DNA of 64,000 nucleotides, taken from positions 773 to 64,772 of IMG/VR virus record IMGVR_UViG_3300021960_007579. One strand, 5' to 3'. This DNA is from a virus. Lineage: Duplodnaviria > Caudoviricetes. The position numbers and the translations under genes are program-made. The notes below the pieces were generated by a model. The model made no database searches and was not told the origin of the DNA. It was given only the letters and a program-made list of their open reading frames with translations. This document shows, one piece after another, positions 9,734 to 19,785 of the stretch (the stretch's first letter is position 1; every line of letters starts with the position of its first letter).

Positions 9734-10725
9734 TAAAAGGACAACACTTTTTACTATACCTAACCTTTATAATGTTTGTGACGGGTATCCTTAAAGATAA
9801 AGGGTACCTATCTGACATTTTTAGATGGTTAGCACAAAATGTGAAGTCAAAGAAGATGGTTGTCTTCTTAGTCTCCCTCTTCGGTGGAGTGTTACCAATA
9901 CCCGGTAGAGTGGCACTATCGGCAAGTATGTTAAACAGTATCGCACCTGTAGATAACAAGAAGAGAAAGAAGTTTGGTATCATTGATTACCTCGCAACTC
10001 ACCACTACTATCTGTGGTCACCTTTAGAGAAGACGGTGATTATACCGATGGCGGTTATCGGATTCACCTATAAAGAATTCATGGGTTACGTGTGGCCGCT
10101 ATTATTAATTAGTGCGATTTATATTCTTTATTACATAATTACACTAAAGGATGATGAGATCGATATTGAAATAAGGGATGGTGAAATAAATTGGAAAAAC
10201 TTTTCATTGGTTATTCTACCATTTATTGGAACTATCCTAATCTCATGTTTTACCGATTTTTACTTTGAGTCGTTTACCCTTTTTACGTTCTACCTAATAA
10301 CTTATTCTAAGTCGTGGAAAAGTTTGTACGGGTATGTAAATGGAGAGTTATTAGTAATTGTTGCGGGAGTAATCATATTAGGTAATATCGCCAACACGTA
10401 CTATGACGACATTGAGAATTTGATAAGAAACTACTCAGAACCAGAACACATTGTCATTGTATCGGTTTTAGGGTTTCTTGCATCCTTTTTAATGGGGTCG
10501 TCGGCAAAATATGCGAGTATTGTTAGTCTATTAACAGTTGTATTCGGTGTTGAATATTTTGTCCTGTTTTTTACTTTAGAATATTCGGGATATTTAATAT
10601 CACCATCTCATAAATGTCTACCGATAGGACAAAAATACTTTCACACAGGATTTCTTACCTATCTAAAGGCATTGGTGATTTGGATAGGATTAATGATAAC
10701 ATATTCACTTTTAACAGTGATTTAG
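9721..10725 (+). CDS. DUF401-like / ion-transporter-superfamily inner-membrane protein
   Basis: About 9-10 TM segments; GVLPIPGRVALSA and GYLISPSHKCL motifs. Confidence 0.6.
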   Translation: MEILIKGQHFLLYLTFIMFVTGILKDKGYLSDIFRWLAQNVKSKKMVVFLVSLFGGVLPIPGRVALSASMLNSIAPVDNKKRKKFGIIDYLATHHYYLWSPLEKTVIIPMAVIGFTYKEFMGYVWPLLLISAIYILYYIITLKDDEIDIEIRDGEINWKNFSLVILPFIGTILISCFTDFYFESFTLFTFYLITYSKSWKSLYGYVNGELLVIVAGVIILGNIANTYYDDIENLIRNYSEPEHIVIVSVLGFLASFLMGSSAKYASIVSLLTVVFGVEYFVLFFTLEYSGYLISPSHKCLPIGQKYFHTGFLTYLKALVIWIGLMITYSLLTVI

Positions 10726-10773
10726 GCTTGACAATTAAATAAATAATAATTATATTTTTAAAAAAGACAAAGA

Positions 10774-11220
10774 ATGACAACAAAATTGACCATCGATGAA
10801 ATTTTACAATTAGATGCTGAGATTAATGGGTTCACAACCCCTCAGGGTCAGGTTGTGTATGAGGGTTTTAACAAACAACCTCTATCAATCCTCCTCAAGT
10901 ACGAACTTTCTGAGTTCTCTAAGAGATTAAAAGAAGAAAGAGAAACTGTTGAGGGTTTGAGAAATGAATTAATTACAAAATACGGGGAAGCTCAAGAAGA
11001 CGGATCAATTCAAATCAGTCCTACAATTGAGGAGAAGAAAGGTAAGAAAAGTGAAGCCGTTAAAAATCCTAAGTATGTTGAATTCATTGAGGAGTATGGT
11101 AAACTTCTAAATAAAGAAATTGAGTTGGATCATCCCGAAATCAGTAAAGATGATTTAAAAGATGCGGGTAAAACAAAAGATCAATACAATATCCTGTTTA
11201 GATTGGTGACCAAGGGTTAA
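10774..11220 (+). CDS. Hypothetical phage protein (DUF1617-like)
   Basis: Charged helical 148 aa with RNELITKYG motif; own TTGAC-N-TATATTT promoter. Confidence 0.5.
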   Translation: MTTKLTIDEILQLDAEINGFTTPQGQVVYEGFNKQPLSILLKYELSEFSKRLKEERETVEGLRNELITKYGEAQEDGSIQISPTIEEKKGKKSEAVKNPKYVEFIEEYGKLLNKEIELDHPEISKDDLKDAGKTKDQYNILFRLVTKG

Positions 11221-12311
11221 ACCTTATTACGAATCTCAATTAACAAATTTCCGATTTGATATTCTCCTACGTCATAGTGGGGAATTGATAATCGGATTTT
11301 GTTTATTGTATATATGTCTTCATCAGTCATTGGAGATGTTTCATAAATCATAACATCAACCACGTCAGTCAAGATAAACTTTGATCTTAAATCGTAATTA
11401 GTATTTACCTGTTCGTTGTTAATATACTCTTCAGGTATTCTCCCTAAATCTATTTTATTAAAGTAAGGTTCTACATTGTAGAGTTTACTATCACTCCTGG
11501 TAGTCAACCCCATGTTAAAAGTTTTGTAAGAGAATATCTCGTCCTCCCAATACTTCATCTCATTAAATACCGGAATCGGTATCCCCCATTTTCTTATGAA
11601 GTTTCTTATGTTTTTATGTTCGGATAATCTACTTGCTTCGGGATTAGATCGACTAGTTTTAGAAACGAAGTGGTAGACCACCGCACATTCAGTGGTCTTT
11701 AGTTTATACCCTTTTAGTTTGGCTCTTATTAAAAAGTCATCATCTTCACAGAAATAGGGTGAGAAACTAAACCCATCAAACAAACCAATATCAATAAAAG
11801 TATTTTTATATCCCGATAAAAAGAAAGAACCCCCATTCACCAATGTTTTATTTGATTTGACTTTTTCCACATATTGATTGAACAAACCATAATTAAAGTC
11901 AAAGAAGTTATTACCAAAGTCCTGTATCACTTTACCCGCCCTTTTATGTCCTTTAAAAATCGGAGGTTCAATAGTTGTGTAAGTGATTAAACTTTTCTCA
12001 TCTATTAAGTCTGATAGATTCTCTAAGAAATTCTCACCAATAACCATATCGTTATGAATTAACACTAACTTATCAGTATCAACCAAATTGATTGCAGAAT
12101 TATAGTTATCTGAAAATGTCAATCTATCATCGTCATGTATATAGGAGAGGTAATCATCTGATAAAGACTCCAACCACTCTAAGGTACCATCGTTAGAACC
12201 TCCACTACTTATGACCATTGGGGCTTCGGGATATATTTCCCTAACCCTTTTATAACAATCTTTCGTATAACCTAAATTATTGTATACTGATAAAACTATT
12301 GATATATCCAT
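11217..12311 (-). CDS. Glycosyltransferase family 2
   Basis: ISIVLSVYN, LIHNDM, EDDDF..RA, VYHF. Confidence 0.85.
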   Translation of the reverse strand: MDISIVLSVYNNLGYTKDCYKRVREIYPEAPMVISSGGSNDGTLEWLESLSDDYLSYIHDDDRLTFSDNYNSAINLVDTDKLVLIHNDMVIGENFLENLSDLIDEKSLITYTTIEPPIFKGHKRAGKVIQDFGNNFFDFNYGLFNQYVEKVKSNKTLVNGGSFFLSGYKNTFIDIGLFDGFSFSPYFCEDDDFLIRAKLKGYKLKTTECAVVYHFVSKTSRSNPEASRLSEHKNIRNFIRKWGIPIPVFNEMKYWEDEIFSYKTFNMGLTTRSDSKLYNVEPYFNKIDLGRIPEEYINNEQVNTNYDLRSKFILTDVVDVMIYETSPMTDEDIYTINKIRLSIPHYDVGEYQIGNLLIEIRNKV

Positions 12312-12892
12312 TAATTGTGTACGTATAATATTTTTTTAATTTTTATTCTTGGATACTTTGGGTTTTGTTCCAAGAAATCCTCAACAAATTTACCATCAGA
12401 CGTGGCTTTCTTAGGGTCTAATCTCAAGTCACCAATTAATCGTGACTTCACCATAAAATTCCCAATATCTATCTTACTTATTACTGGTTTAGAATCAATA
12501 TAGATATAATCTTCAGATAACCAATTATGGACTAAATCACAATAAACAAATCCTACTTTGGGGTTTAATTCCACGGCTTTTATAAAATTATCAACAAATA
12601 CAGGGACATAATAATTGTCGTCACCACTCATAACGACCCAATCCTCTTTTAGATTGTCTAAACCGTAATTACGGGCGGTGTGACCCCAATCATTATGAGG
12701 TCCCTCTAATACAGATACTCTGAGGTTTTCATATTGTTTGAAAATATCAATGATTTCCCAAAAACCCTCATACTCAGCATCCGCCACAACATGTACGGTA
12801 AAGTTAGGATTGTTCTGACAAAACAGAGAACTTAAACAAGTCCTTAATTCCTTCGGTCTGTTATAGGTCGGGATAATAAATTCAATCTTCAT
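12311..12892 (-). CDS. Glycosyltransferase family 2
   Basis: FIIPTYNR, ARNYGL, GDDNYY. Confidence 0.85.
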   Translation of the reverse strand: MKIEFIIPTYNRPKELRTCLSSLFCQNNPNFTVHVVADAEYEGFWEIIDIFKQYENLRVSVLEGPHNDWGHTARNYGLDNLKEDWVVMSGDDNYYVPVFVDNFIKAVELNPKVGFVYCDLVHNWLSEDYIYIDSKPVISKIDIGNFMVKSRLIGDLRLDPKKATSDGKFVEDFLEQNPKYPRIKIKKILYVHN

Positions 12893-12893
12893 A

Positions 12894-13451
12894 TTAAAAT
12901 CTATAAATTACAAGTACATCGTCCGAACGATTCTTTATTTTTCTATTATCTATGATCTCACAATTTGAATGCATCGAATTAAAATTATCAATAGATGTGT
13001 CAATGGATTCGATATCCTCGATGATATATAAACCATTGGGATTCATCCTTTTTTTAAAAATATTAAAACTATTAATTTGGTGTTTTAGTTTGTGACTACC
13101 GTCGTCAATAATAACGTCAAATTTTAGATTGGTGGGAAAACAGTCCAATATGTTGGGTTGAGTGGCGTCACCAATAAAAATAGTAAAACCCCCATCCTCT
13201 TTTAGACCTTTCATGAAATTACGATCACTTATGTCAATCCCATATATTTGAGAGTCAGTGAAGTATTCAGACCACATCTTTAAAGATAGACCCGTATGTA
13301 CCCCTATCTCTAATACTGATGAACCACCCCTATAATCCTCTAATAATTTTGAGTACTCGTTTATATATGTGTGGGCAGTCCCCTTGTCTCCATGACCGTC
13401 GGGAAATTGGTAGTTGTCGTATATCTCATTTAATGTTTTCATTTTTTCCAA
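12894..13451 (-). CDS. Class I SAM-dependent methyltransferase
   Basis: VLEIGV..G.S, GIDI, IIDDGSH, YIIED. Confidence 0.85.
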   Translation of the reverse strand: MEKMKTLNEIYDNYQFPDGHGDKGTAHTYINEYSKLLEDYRGGSSVLEIGVHTGLSLKMWSEYFTDSQIYGIDISDRNFMKGLKEDGGFTIFIGDATQPNILDCFPTNLKFDVIIDDGSHKLKHQINSFNIFKKRMNPNGLYIIEDIESIDTSIDNFNSMHSNCEIIDNRKIKNRSDDVLVIYRF

Positions 13452-14437
13452 AAACTATATATCCCTTTATCTAATTCATATGACGGCCACACAAACCTAT
13501 CTCTCATGGGTTGTTCTTTCGCCCATTCCCACATAGTTGTTAGACCTTCCCTCATTTGAGTTCTATATTCAAATCCTAAAAGGTCAATTGATTTTTGGTA
13601 GGTGGGAATAGAATGTTTAACCTCGTGTCTCCCTTCTAAATAAATTACATCACCCTCACCTATAACATCTCTCAGAATATCCGCAGCACTATTGATTGAA
13701 ACTTCTTCGATACCACCTAAATTGATGATCTCTTTCGATGATTCTTCCCTTACCGCAGAATTCCATAATGGTTCTAATGAATCATCAATAAATGAGAATG
13801 CTCGAGTTTGATCACCATCACCGAAGATCGTCATTGGTTGACCATTTAGGTGTTGGTACATCCAAATTCCTAAAACATTACGGTACTTATCCCAAATATT
13901 TTGTTTGATACCGTATACGTTATGGGGTCTAATTATACACCAATCCAAACCATGTTGTTCTCCCGCAATTTTAATATCCATTTCACAGGCATACTTAGCA
14001 ACACCATAAGGATCTATTGGATTGGGAATCTGACTCTCGTTAAACACCCCCCCATCACCATGTCCGTAAACGGCCAAAGTTGATGTGAACACTAGTCTCT
14101 TAACGTCATGTTTTATACATTCGTTAACAATCCTTGCGGTTGCCTTTAAATTATTATCATAGTTATAGGATCTGATAAATGGGGATAGTCCCTCGGCGGC
14201 GTAGGCTGCGAAATGAAAAACATACTCAGGTTTGTGGTGTTGGAAGCAATTCTCGATGGGGTGGTTCACTAAGTCCATCTGCCAAAAGTTCACCTTATCA
14301 TTCACATTTTCCCTATATCCACCACTCAGGTCATCGATACCGATAACTTTATACTCTGGTTTATTCTCTATAATCCAATCAGCTAATCTACTTCCTAATA
14401 GACCTGCAACACCAGTTATTAATATGGTTTTACTCAT
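13439..14437 (-). CDS. NAD-dependent nucleotide-sugar epimerase/dehydratase
   Basis: ITGVAGLLG, YGVAK (YxxxK), NVYG. Confidence 0.9.
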   Translation of the reverse strand: MSKTILITGVAGLLGSRLADWIIENKPEYKVIGIDDLSGGYRENVNDKVNFWQMDLVNHPIENCFQHHKPEYVFHFAAYAAEGLSPFIRSYNYDNNLKATARIVNECIKHDVKRLVFTSTLAVYGHGDGGVFNESQIPNPIDPYGVAKYACEMDIKIAGEQHGLDWCIIRPHNVYGIKQNIWDKYRNVLGIWMYQHLNGQPMTIFGDGDQTRAFSFIDDSLEPLWNSAVREESSKEIINLGGIEEVSINSAADILRDVIGEGDVIYLEGRHEVKHSIPTYQKSIDLLGFEYRTQMREGLTTMWEWAKEQPMRDRFVWPSYELDKGIYSFWKK

Positions 14438-15062
14438 TAGTATTCATGAGGTTTTTATATAAATTATTTTGTCTTTCCTGACGATCAATATCTTTAGGGT
14501 GATAAAGACAGAATATCTCCTGATCGGGTAATCCCGCATAGGTGTTATAATTAGAAAGTCTCTCATGGACTTTACCCACCCACCTAATCTTATTGTTCTT
14601 TTTCCAAATCCTACTTTGATAGTCAGGGAAATTTACCCACCCCTTTGAATTAAGAACCCAATTCCACTTTTCAATATGTTCTTCAGTTATACCTTCTACA
14701 GTATTAATTCTCGGAACTAAATAGACTTCGGTTTTGGGATTTGTCTGTAGTATACCGGGTAAATTAAGGATTAGACTTTTATGTGGCATCTCATCAGCAT
14801 CTATTTGAAATATATAATCACCGAGACACTGTTCAGTCAAAAAGTTCTTCCACTCGGAGAAATCACCACTAAAATCTTTTTTAATTATATTGACATTAGT
14901 GGGTGTTTTATTTAAAAAGTTAATTACGTCTAAACTACCGTTCTTCTGATCAAATAAAACCACAATTTCATCATTAGGTCTTTTATTCTCTAAAAGAAAT
15001 TGTATGAGACGTTGGATTTCAACAAACTCATTACATACTGTAATCGCGTAACTTATTTTCAT
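14430..15062 (-). CDS. Glycosyltransferase family 2
   Basis: ISYAITVCNE, QIDADE, PDYQSR, VHE. Confidence 0.85.
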   Translation of the reverse strand: MKISYAITVCNEFVEIQRLIQFLLENKRPNDEIVVLFDQKNGSLDVINFLNKTPTNVNIIKKDFSGDFSEWKNFLTEQCLGDYIFQIDADEMPHKSLILNLPGILQTNPKTEVYLVPRINTVEGITEEHIEKWNWVLNSKGWVNFPDYQSRIWKKNNKIRWVGKVHERLSNYNTYAGLPDQEIFCLYHPKDIDRQERQNNLYKNLMNTNE

Positions 15063-15063
15063 T

Positions 15064-16323
15064 TTACTTTTCTATTTTAGTTAGTTCCGGTAAGACTAGA
15101 TTAGTTTTAGTCGGTTTCGCAACTATTAATGGTTCTAAAATTTTTTTAAACTTAGATGTGGTAGACTCTAAGGAAAAATTTTTCTTATTCGTTTTTCTTA
15201 GTTCCTCTGATTTGCCCCTAAAATCATCATATTTTTCGTATACGATCTTAAGGACTTCTACTGCCTCAGAATAGTTGGCGGTAAACCATTTAGATTCTTT
15301 TAGGATAAAATCGTCACTAGCACTTTCATGTACATTTGTTAATTTACCACCTACCATAATGGCCTTGTCCATTGGTAGAAAGTCTTTATGACCCGACCAA
15401 TTAGAGGCAATTACGGGTTTCCCCGTCATGGTAAACTCTAAAAGAGGTCTACCAAATCCCTCACCCTTTGTTAGGGTGATCATTGATTTTATTTTAGGGT
15501 GATTGTAGAAAGAATTCATCTCTTCGTCTGTTAATTGACCAAACATCAAATAAACCGACGGAGGTGTAGGGTATTGGTTAGTAACCCTTTGTATCTTCTT
15601 CCTGAGTTCTTCTCTTTGTTTTACTGAGAATGTAGCACTGGATGTTTTTAAAATTAGTGCGGGTCTATCATCACCCTCTTTAAATGACTCACAAAAACAT
15701 TTAATCAACATAGAAACATCTTTTCTATCCTGACCTATATCACCTCTCAACCAATGACCCACAAATAGATACGCGAAATCTTCTTTGATGTCCAATTTAA
15801 ATTTAGAATCCTCTTTATTATAAATCGATACATCAACACCCTCATGAAGTATTTCAATGGGTACCTCTATTTTATGTTGTTTGACTAGCTTACCCGTGAC
15901 CTTATCGGTTTCATTGTAAACTGTCTGTAAGAGGACATCTCTAGAGAAAACCGAGGTAGTAATCACCTTATCCATCCTATTTATACCGTCAACCCACGAT
16001 TTAGGTGCTGCGGTTGTTTCAATACCCGCGGTGATTCCAATATTATACTTACCCATTCTTTTAAATTCGTTAGGTACGGTAACTTGTATGTAGATATCAG
16101 GTGTTTCTCTTAAGGTGGTGACAATATTAGATTCTATCCATGAATGGAATAAATTGTTTTTAGGATCCAATGCCGACATGGGGGTGTTTCCCCAATTAGA
16201 ACTATCGATTTTTATATCGAATAGATCCATGTCATATAAAGATTTTAGTAGGTCTCTAGAATGAGATCCATAACCACTTAATGTTTTAACGGGTCCTCTA
16301 AATAAAATTGATGGCTTACTCAT
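15064..16323 (-). CDS. Glycosyltransferase family 4 (GT-B)
   Basis: SGYG, RKD, GEGFGRPLLE. Confidence 0.85.
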   Translation of the reverse strand: MSKPSILFRGPVKTLSGYGSHSRDLLKSLYDMDLFDIKIDSSNWGNTPMSALDPKNNLFHSWIESNIVTTLRETPDIYIQVTVPNEFKRMGKYNIGITAGIETTAAPKSWVDGINRMDKVITTSVFSRDVLLQTVYNETDKVTGKLVKQHKIEVPIEILHEGVDVSIYNKEDSKFKLDIKEDFAYLFVGHWLRGDIGQDRKDVSMLIKCFCESFKEGDDRPALILKTSSATFSVKQREELRKKIQRVTNQYPTPPSVYLMFGQLTDEEMNSFYNHPKIKSMITLTKGEGFGRPLLEFTMTGKPVIASNWSGHKDFLPMDKAIMVGGKLTNVHESASDDFILKESKWFTANYSEAVEVLKIVYEKYDDFRGKSEELRKTNKKNFSLESTTSKFKKILEPLIVAKPTKTNLVLPELTKIEK

Positions 16324-17699
16324 GATATTTTATATAATTCGTATGGTTTTTTCTTCTTATATGTCTTTAGAGTACGATTAATACCTTCTTTAAGACTTTC
16401 ACACATAACTTTGCTCGAGAAGTGATCGATCATGTACTCCCTACCAATTAATCCTCTTCTTTTTCTTTCTTCACGACCCAATTCATACATCTCTTTAATT
16501 GCGTCAACCACGTCATAATGGTTGATCCTATCATCAAAGATGTAAGGGGTGTTAGGTGAACCGTTCAACGTTATAGATGATGGCCAAATAGGACTAACCC
16601 ATTCACCCCATTTTAAATTTTTAGGTAAATCTCTATTGTTGTGTAATGAACCTAATTTAATGTAGTCGTCTGCGCTTAGGTATGAACCTTTAACCTTAAA
16701 CCCACATTGATCCTGTAGTCCTCCCGTTACGTTTACAATAATTGGTGTACCCGCCATTAGAGACTCGGCAGTGGTTAACCCAAAACCCTCATTATTAGCG
16801 ATGTTGATTGTACAATCAACCATGTTATAGATTCTATTGAGTTTATTCTGATCAAACTTGTCGTTCGTAAACTTTACATCATAATCAGGACAAAGCTCAT
16901 TCACCACCGCAACCAAATCAGTGCCGTTACTATCCAAAGAGGCTGTATGCATTACCAAAAGACACTTAGATGATTTCTCTTTAGGTAATGTGTCACAGAA
17001 CATTTTATAACTATAGATAACGTCTGAAGGTTGTTTTCTCTTAATGTTTCGATTATTAAAGAATAGAATGAAATCGTATTCTTTATCCCCATGTATAAAT
17101 TTCTTCATCTCCTCATCCGTTTCGGTAATAGGTTTGAAAGACTCGGGGTTAATCCCATGAGGGACATAAGATATTTGCCAATCTTTGAGGGGTTGGTGGG
17201 TTAACTCTCTTTTACTTTTACCAACCCTATGTACAATTCCATACGTTTGTTTCGATATACAACCTAACCAGTCACATGACTCATAATAATCTCTATTGTA
17301 ATGTGGGTCAGGTAAATCATCCCAAATGTGATAGAATAGAATAGGTACCTGTTGTCTTATCTCATGTTCATTATCGTACAACCACTGCCAGTAATGTGGA
17401 TCAGTAAAATGTAATATTGCATCAGGTTTTTCCTCGGCTATTAATTCTCTTAATCTGAATATATCCCCATAACCGTTATGTGGGTAGATCTTCACGTTGG
17501 CGTCTGAAACACCAGTCCTCTCCCTAACATCATTATTAAGATCGACAATCTTTCCGTACTCGGGGTGTTTGATGGCAGCACCTAACTGAACCCAATCATA
17601 GGTGTCGACAGTACCAACCACTAATTCTTTGGACATGGTCGCGACTCCTGAGGTCATCCTTAAGTCATCGGACAACAATAGAATTTTCTTTTTAGGCAT
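16320..17699 (-). CDS. Glycosyltransferase family 4 (GT-B)
   Basis: NRNIKRK, NEGFGLTTAESL, TGGLQDQ. Confidence 0.85.
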   Translation of the reverse strand: MPKKKILLLSDDLRMTSGVATMSKELVVGTVDTYDWVQLGAAIKHPEYGKIVDLNNDVRERTGVSDANVKIYPHNGYGDIFRLRELIAEEKPDAILHFTDPHYWQWLYDNEHEIRQQVPILFYHIWDDLPDPHYNRDYYESCDWLGCISKQTYGIVHRVGKSKRELTHQPLKDWQISYVPHGINPESFKPITETDEEMKKFIHGDKEYDFILFFNNRNIKRKQPSDVIYSYKMFCDTLPKEKSSKCLLVMHTASLDSNGTDLVAVVNELCPDYDVKFTNDKFDQNKLNRIYNMVDCTINIANNEGFGLTTAESLMAGTPIIVNVTGGLQDQCGFKVKGSYLSADDYIKLGSLHNNRDLPKNLKWGEWVSPIWPSSITLNGSPNTPYIFDDRINHYDVVDAIKEMYELGREERKRRGLIGREYMIDHFSSKVMCESLKEGINRTLKTYKKKKPYELYKIS

Positions 17700-17702
17700 A
17701 TA

Positions 17703-17909
17703 TCAAAATCTTGATCCACTCACCGCTAAAACGTCGTGATTATCAATCAATTTCTTGAAATCCTCATTCGTGTTGTAAAGATCTAAGGATCTGTTAACCA
17801 ATTTTTGGAAATTAACACCTTCGGTTTCTATGGTGTTGATTCTGAATTGTTTGTAAGTGTCTTCAATAACATTTACAGTTGTTAGTTTAGTGTTTGCCTT
17901 ACTCATATT
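17703..17909 (-). CDS. Small hypothetical protein (possible ribbon-helix-helix-like regulator)
   Basis: MSKANTKLTTVNV...FQKLVNRSLDLY; first gene of the GT operon; start re-called. Confidence 0.55.
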   Translation of the reverse strand, partial: NMSKANTKLTTVNVIEDTYKQFRINTIETEGVNFQKLVNRSLDLYNTNEDFKKLIDNHDVLAVSGSRF

Positions 17910-17941
17910 AGTATATATTTTTATATATATCACCTAAGTCC

Positions 17942-17967
17942 AAAAAAAGCCACAGTTGTGGCTCCTT
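17942..17967 (-). terminator. Rho-independent terminator
   Basis: Minus strand AGCCAC-AACT-GTGGCT-TTTTTT, downstream of the MGCGC ORF. Confidence 0.7.
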
Positions 17968-17990
17968 TTAGTTAATTCGTTATTTTCGAA

Positions 17991-18122
17991 TTACGAATTT
18001 TTTACTTCCTCCACTTTGACAGTCACAGGTGATTGTGTGTTTTGTTGTTCAGTAACTGTTTGTTGCTGAGTTGTTGTCGTGGTTTGAGTCGTTTGACTGC
18101 TCTTTTTACATCCGCATCCCAT
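17991..18122 (-). CDS. 43-aa MGCGCKK Thr/Gln-rich microprotein (not in ORF track)
   Basis: MGCGCKKSSQTTQTTTTTQQQTVTEQQNTQSPVTVKVEEVKNS*, followed by its own terminator. Confidence 0.7.
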   Translation of the reverse strand: MGCGCKKSSQTTQTTTTTQQQTVTEQQNTQSPVTVKVEEVKNS

Positions 18123-18146
18123 AGTTGTAGCTTTTAATTATAATTA

Positions 18147-18178
18147 TTTGGTTTTTAAAAAAACTTTCGTTATGTTTG
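18147..18178 (+). promoter_or_regulatory. Bacteroidota-type -33/-7 promoter
   Basis: TTTG-N20-TATGTTTG. Confidence 0.6.
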
Positions 18179-18216
18179 TTAAAGTATAATCAAATTATTT
18201 TAAAAAATAAAGTGTT

Positions 18217-18597
18217 ATGTCAGAAAAAGTCTATGTTCGAAAGTGCGAAAGGTACACTATTTGGGAATCGTCCACCCCTTTAGAGGTTGATGTAGAAAAA
18301 TTAAAGAGGTGTGATCCACCATATGAGGGTGAGAGTCATGAAGACCTTCTTAATTACTTATCGGAAAATGTTTTTAATAATTACGATTGGGCGGACAATG
18401 AAACTAACAAAGAAGTATATGGTGAAGACGAAGCATACGACTTAACTATGGATGATTCCCCTGAAATGGATGTTTATTCAGATAGTCGAGAAAAATCTGC
18501 CGACGATTGGATTGAGATTGGTGTACCTAATGAAGAGTATAGAAAAACGGGGAGGTTTGAAACCTTTGCGGATAACATGCCACGTAATGATTGGTAA
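18217..18597 (+). CDS. Hypothetical acidic protein
   Basis: 126-aa ORF between a promoter and a terminator. Confidence 0.75.
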   Translation: MSEKVYVRKCERYTIWESSTPLEVDVEKLKRCDPPYEGESHEDLLNYLSENVFNNYDWADNETNKEVYGEDEAYDLTMDDSPEMDVYSDSREKSADDWIEIGVPNEEYRKTGRFETFADNMPRNDW

Positions 18598-18628
18598 TGC
18601 CGATTAAAATTCGGTGCCGATTAAAATT
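18598..18628. repeat. Tandem 14-bp direct repeat
   Basis: TGCCGATTAAAATT x2, separated by CGG. Confidence 0.8.
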
Positions 18629-18636
18629 GAGTTAAG

Positions 18637-18666
18637 ACCCTCCACGAAAGTGGGGGGTTGTTTTTT
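18637..18666 (+). terminator. Rho-independent terminator
   Basis: ACCCTCCAC-GAAA-GTGGGGGGT then T-rich. Confidence 0.75.
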
Positions 18667-18704
18667 ATTTTTAATTTCTTTATCTTTTTACAAAAGGACC
18701 AATT

Positions 18705-19400
18705 ATGTCAATGGATAAAGATTTTAAAATGGTTAAGAGTGTATACACTTCCAACCAAGAGGCGATTCAAAATATAATGCACCTATACGGTATTGAACAG
18801 TTCGATTTGGACTGTACATACTCTAAAGGTAACTTTTGGAAGGGATTACCCGACCCAAAACACAAAACAGATTTATACCCACACTACGAAAATGTAACTC
18901 AAGCCGATTCTGAAGACTTACCATTTGAGGATAAGTCAATGTCAGCAATTATGTATGATCCACCATTTGTCATTGTCGGTAGTGGTAAAGGTCACAAGAA
19001 AAATGGACCAAATAGTTCCATCATTGCTAAAAGATTTGAGGGTTACGGAACTTATGAAGATCTGAAGATCAACTACTATAACACCCTCAAAGAATTATTT
19101 AGATTAACTAAAGATGGTGGATTTGTGGTTATGAAATGTCAAGATACGGTCTCTGGTGGAAAACAACACTTTAGTCATGTCATGGTAATGAATATGGCTT
19201 ATCAGATTGGGTTTTACCCAAGAGACATGTTTGTACTAACCTCCAATGTCAGAGTTAATGCCTTTAATGGTACAAAATGGACGAAACAATATCACGCACG
19301 TAAGTACCATTCATATTTTTGGGTGTTTGAGAAAATCAAACCTAAAGTAACGTATGATTTTATACCACAGGGTTTTGTGGAGTACCTAAATAAAGATTGA
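18705..19400 (+). CDS. Putative DNA amino-methyltransferase
   Basis: DCTYSKGNFW SAM motif, MYDPPF catalytic motif, KCQD. Confidence 0.7.
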   Translation: MSMDKDFKMVKSVYTSNQEAIQNIMHLYGIEQFDLDCTYSKGNFWKGLPDPKHKTDLYPHYENVTQADSEDLPFEDKSMSAIMYDPPFVIVGSGKGHKKNGPNSSIIAKRFEGYGTYEDLKINYYNTLKELFRLTKDGGFVVMKCQDTVSGGKQHFSHVMVMNMAYQIGFYPRDMFVLTSNVRVNAFNGTKWTKQYHARKYHSYFWVFEKIKPKVTYDFIPQGFVEYLNKD

Positions 19401-19719
19401 TTCGATCCCCAACCTTAAAATTTTGACAAGTCCCCGCAGGAAACTCAACAACATGATCACCTATACCTGTATATCTTTCGGGGCAGTCCATATCACAGGG
19501 TTGACAACTATGGTGAATCCTACTGATGATATTCTTATTGACAAAAACAATATCTAATGGGATTAGACAATTTTTCATCCAAAATCTATGATGACCCTGT
19601 CCCATATTAAAAACGACACACCCATCCAATGAGTCCCTACCCATCATTCCTCGTTTTATATCTTCAGGTGAGGTTAGGTATTCCGCGTCAAAGACTTTAT
19701 CCTTAATCATTACTGCCAT
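19360..19719 (-). CDS. DUF192 family protein
   Basis: RGMMGR, FWMKNCLIPLDIVF, VVEFPAG; start re-called at 19719. Confidence 0.85.
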   Translation of the reverse strand: MAVMIKDKVFDAEYLTSPEDIKRGMMGRDSLDGCVVFNMGQGHHRFWMKNCLIPLDIVFVNKNIISRIHHSCQPCDMDCPERYTGIGDHVVEFPAGTCQNFKVGDRINLYLGTPQNPVV

Positions 19720-19785
19720 AACTATAATTATTTGACTTTGAGAATTAATTTGTGTATGTTTTATATATGTCTCTAATTTTTCGAA

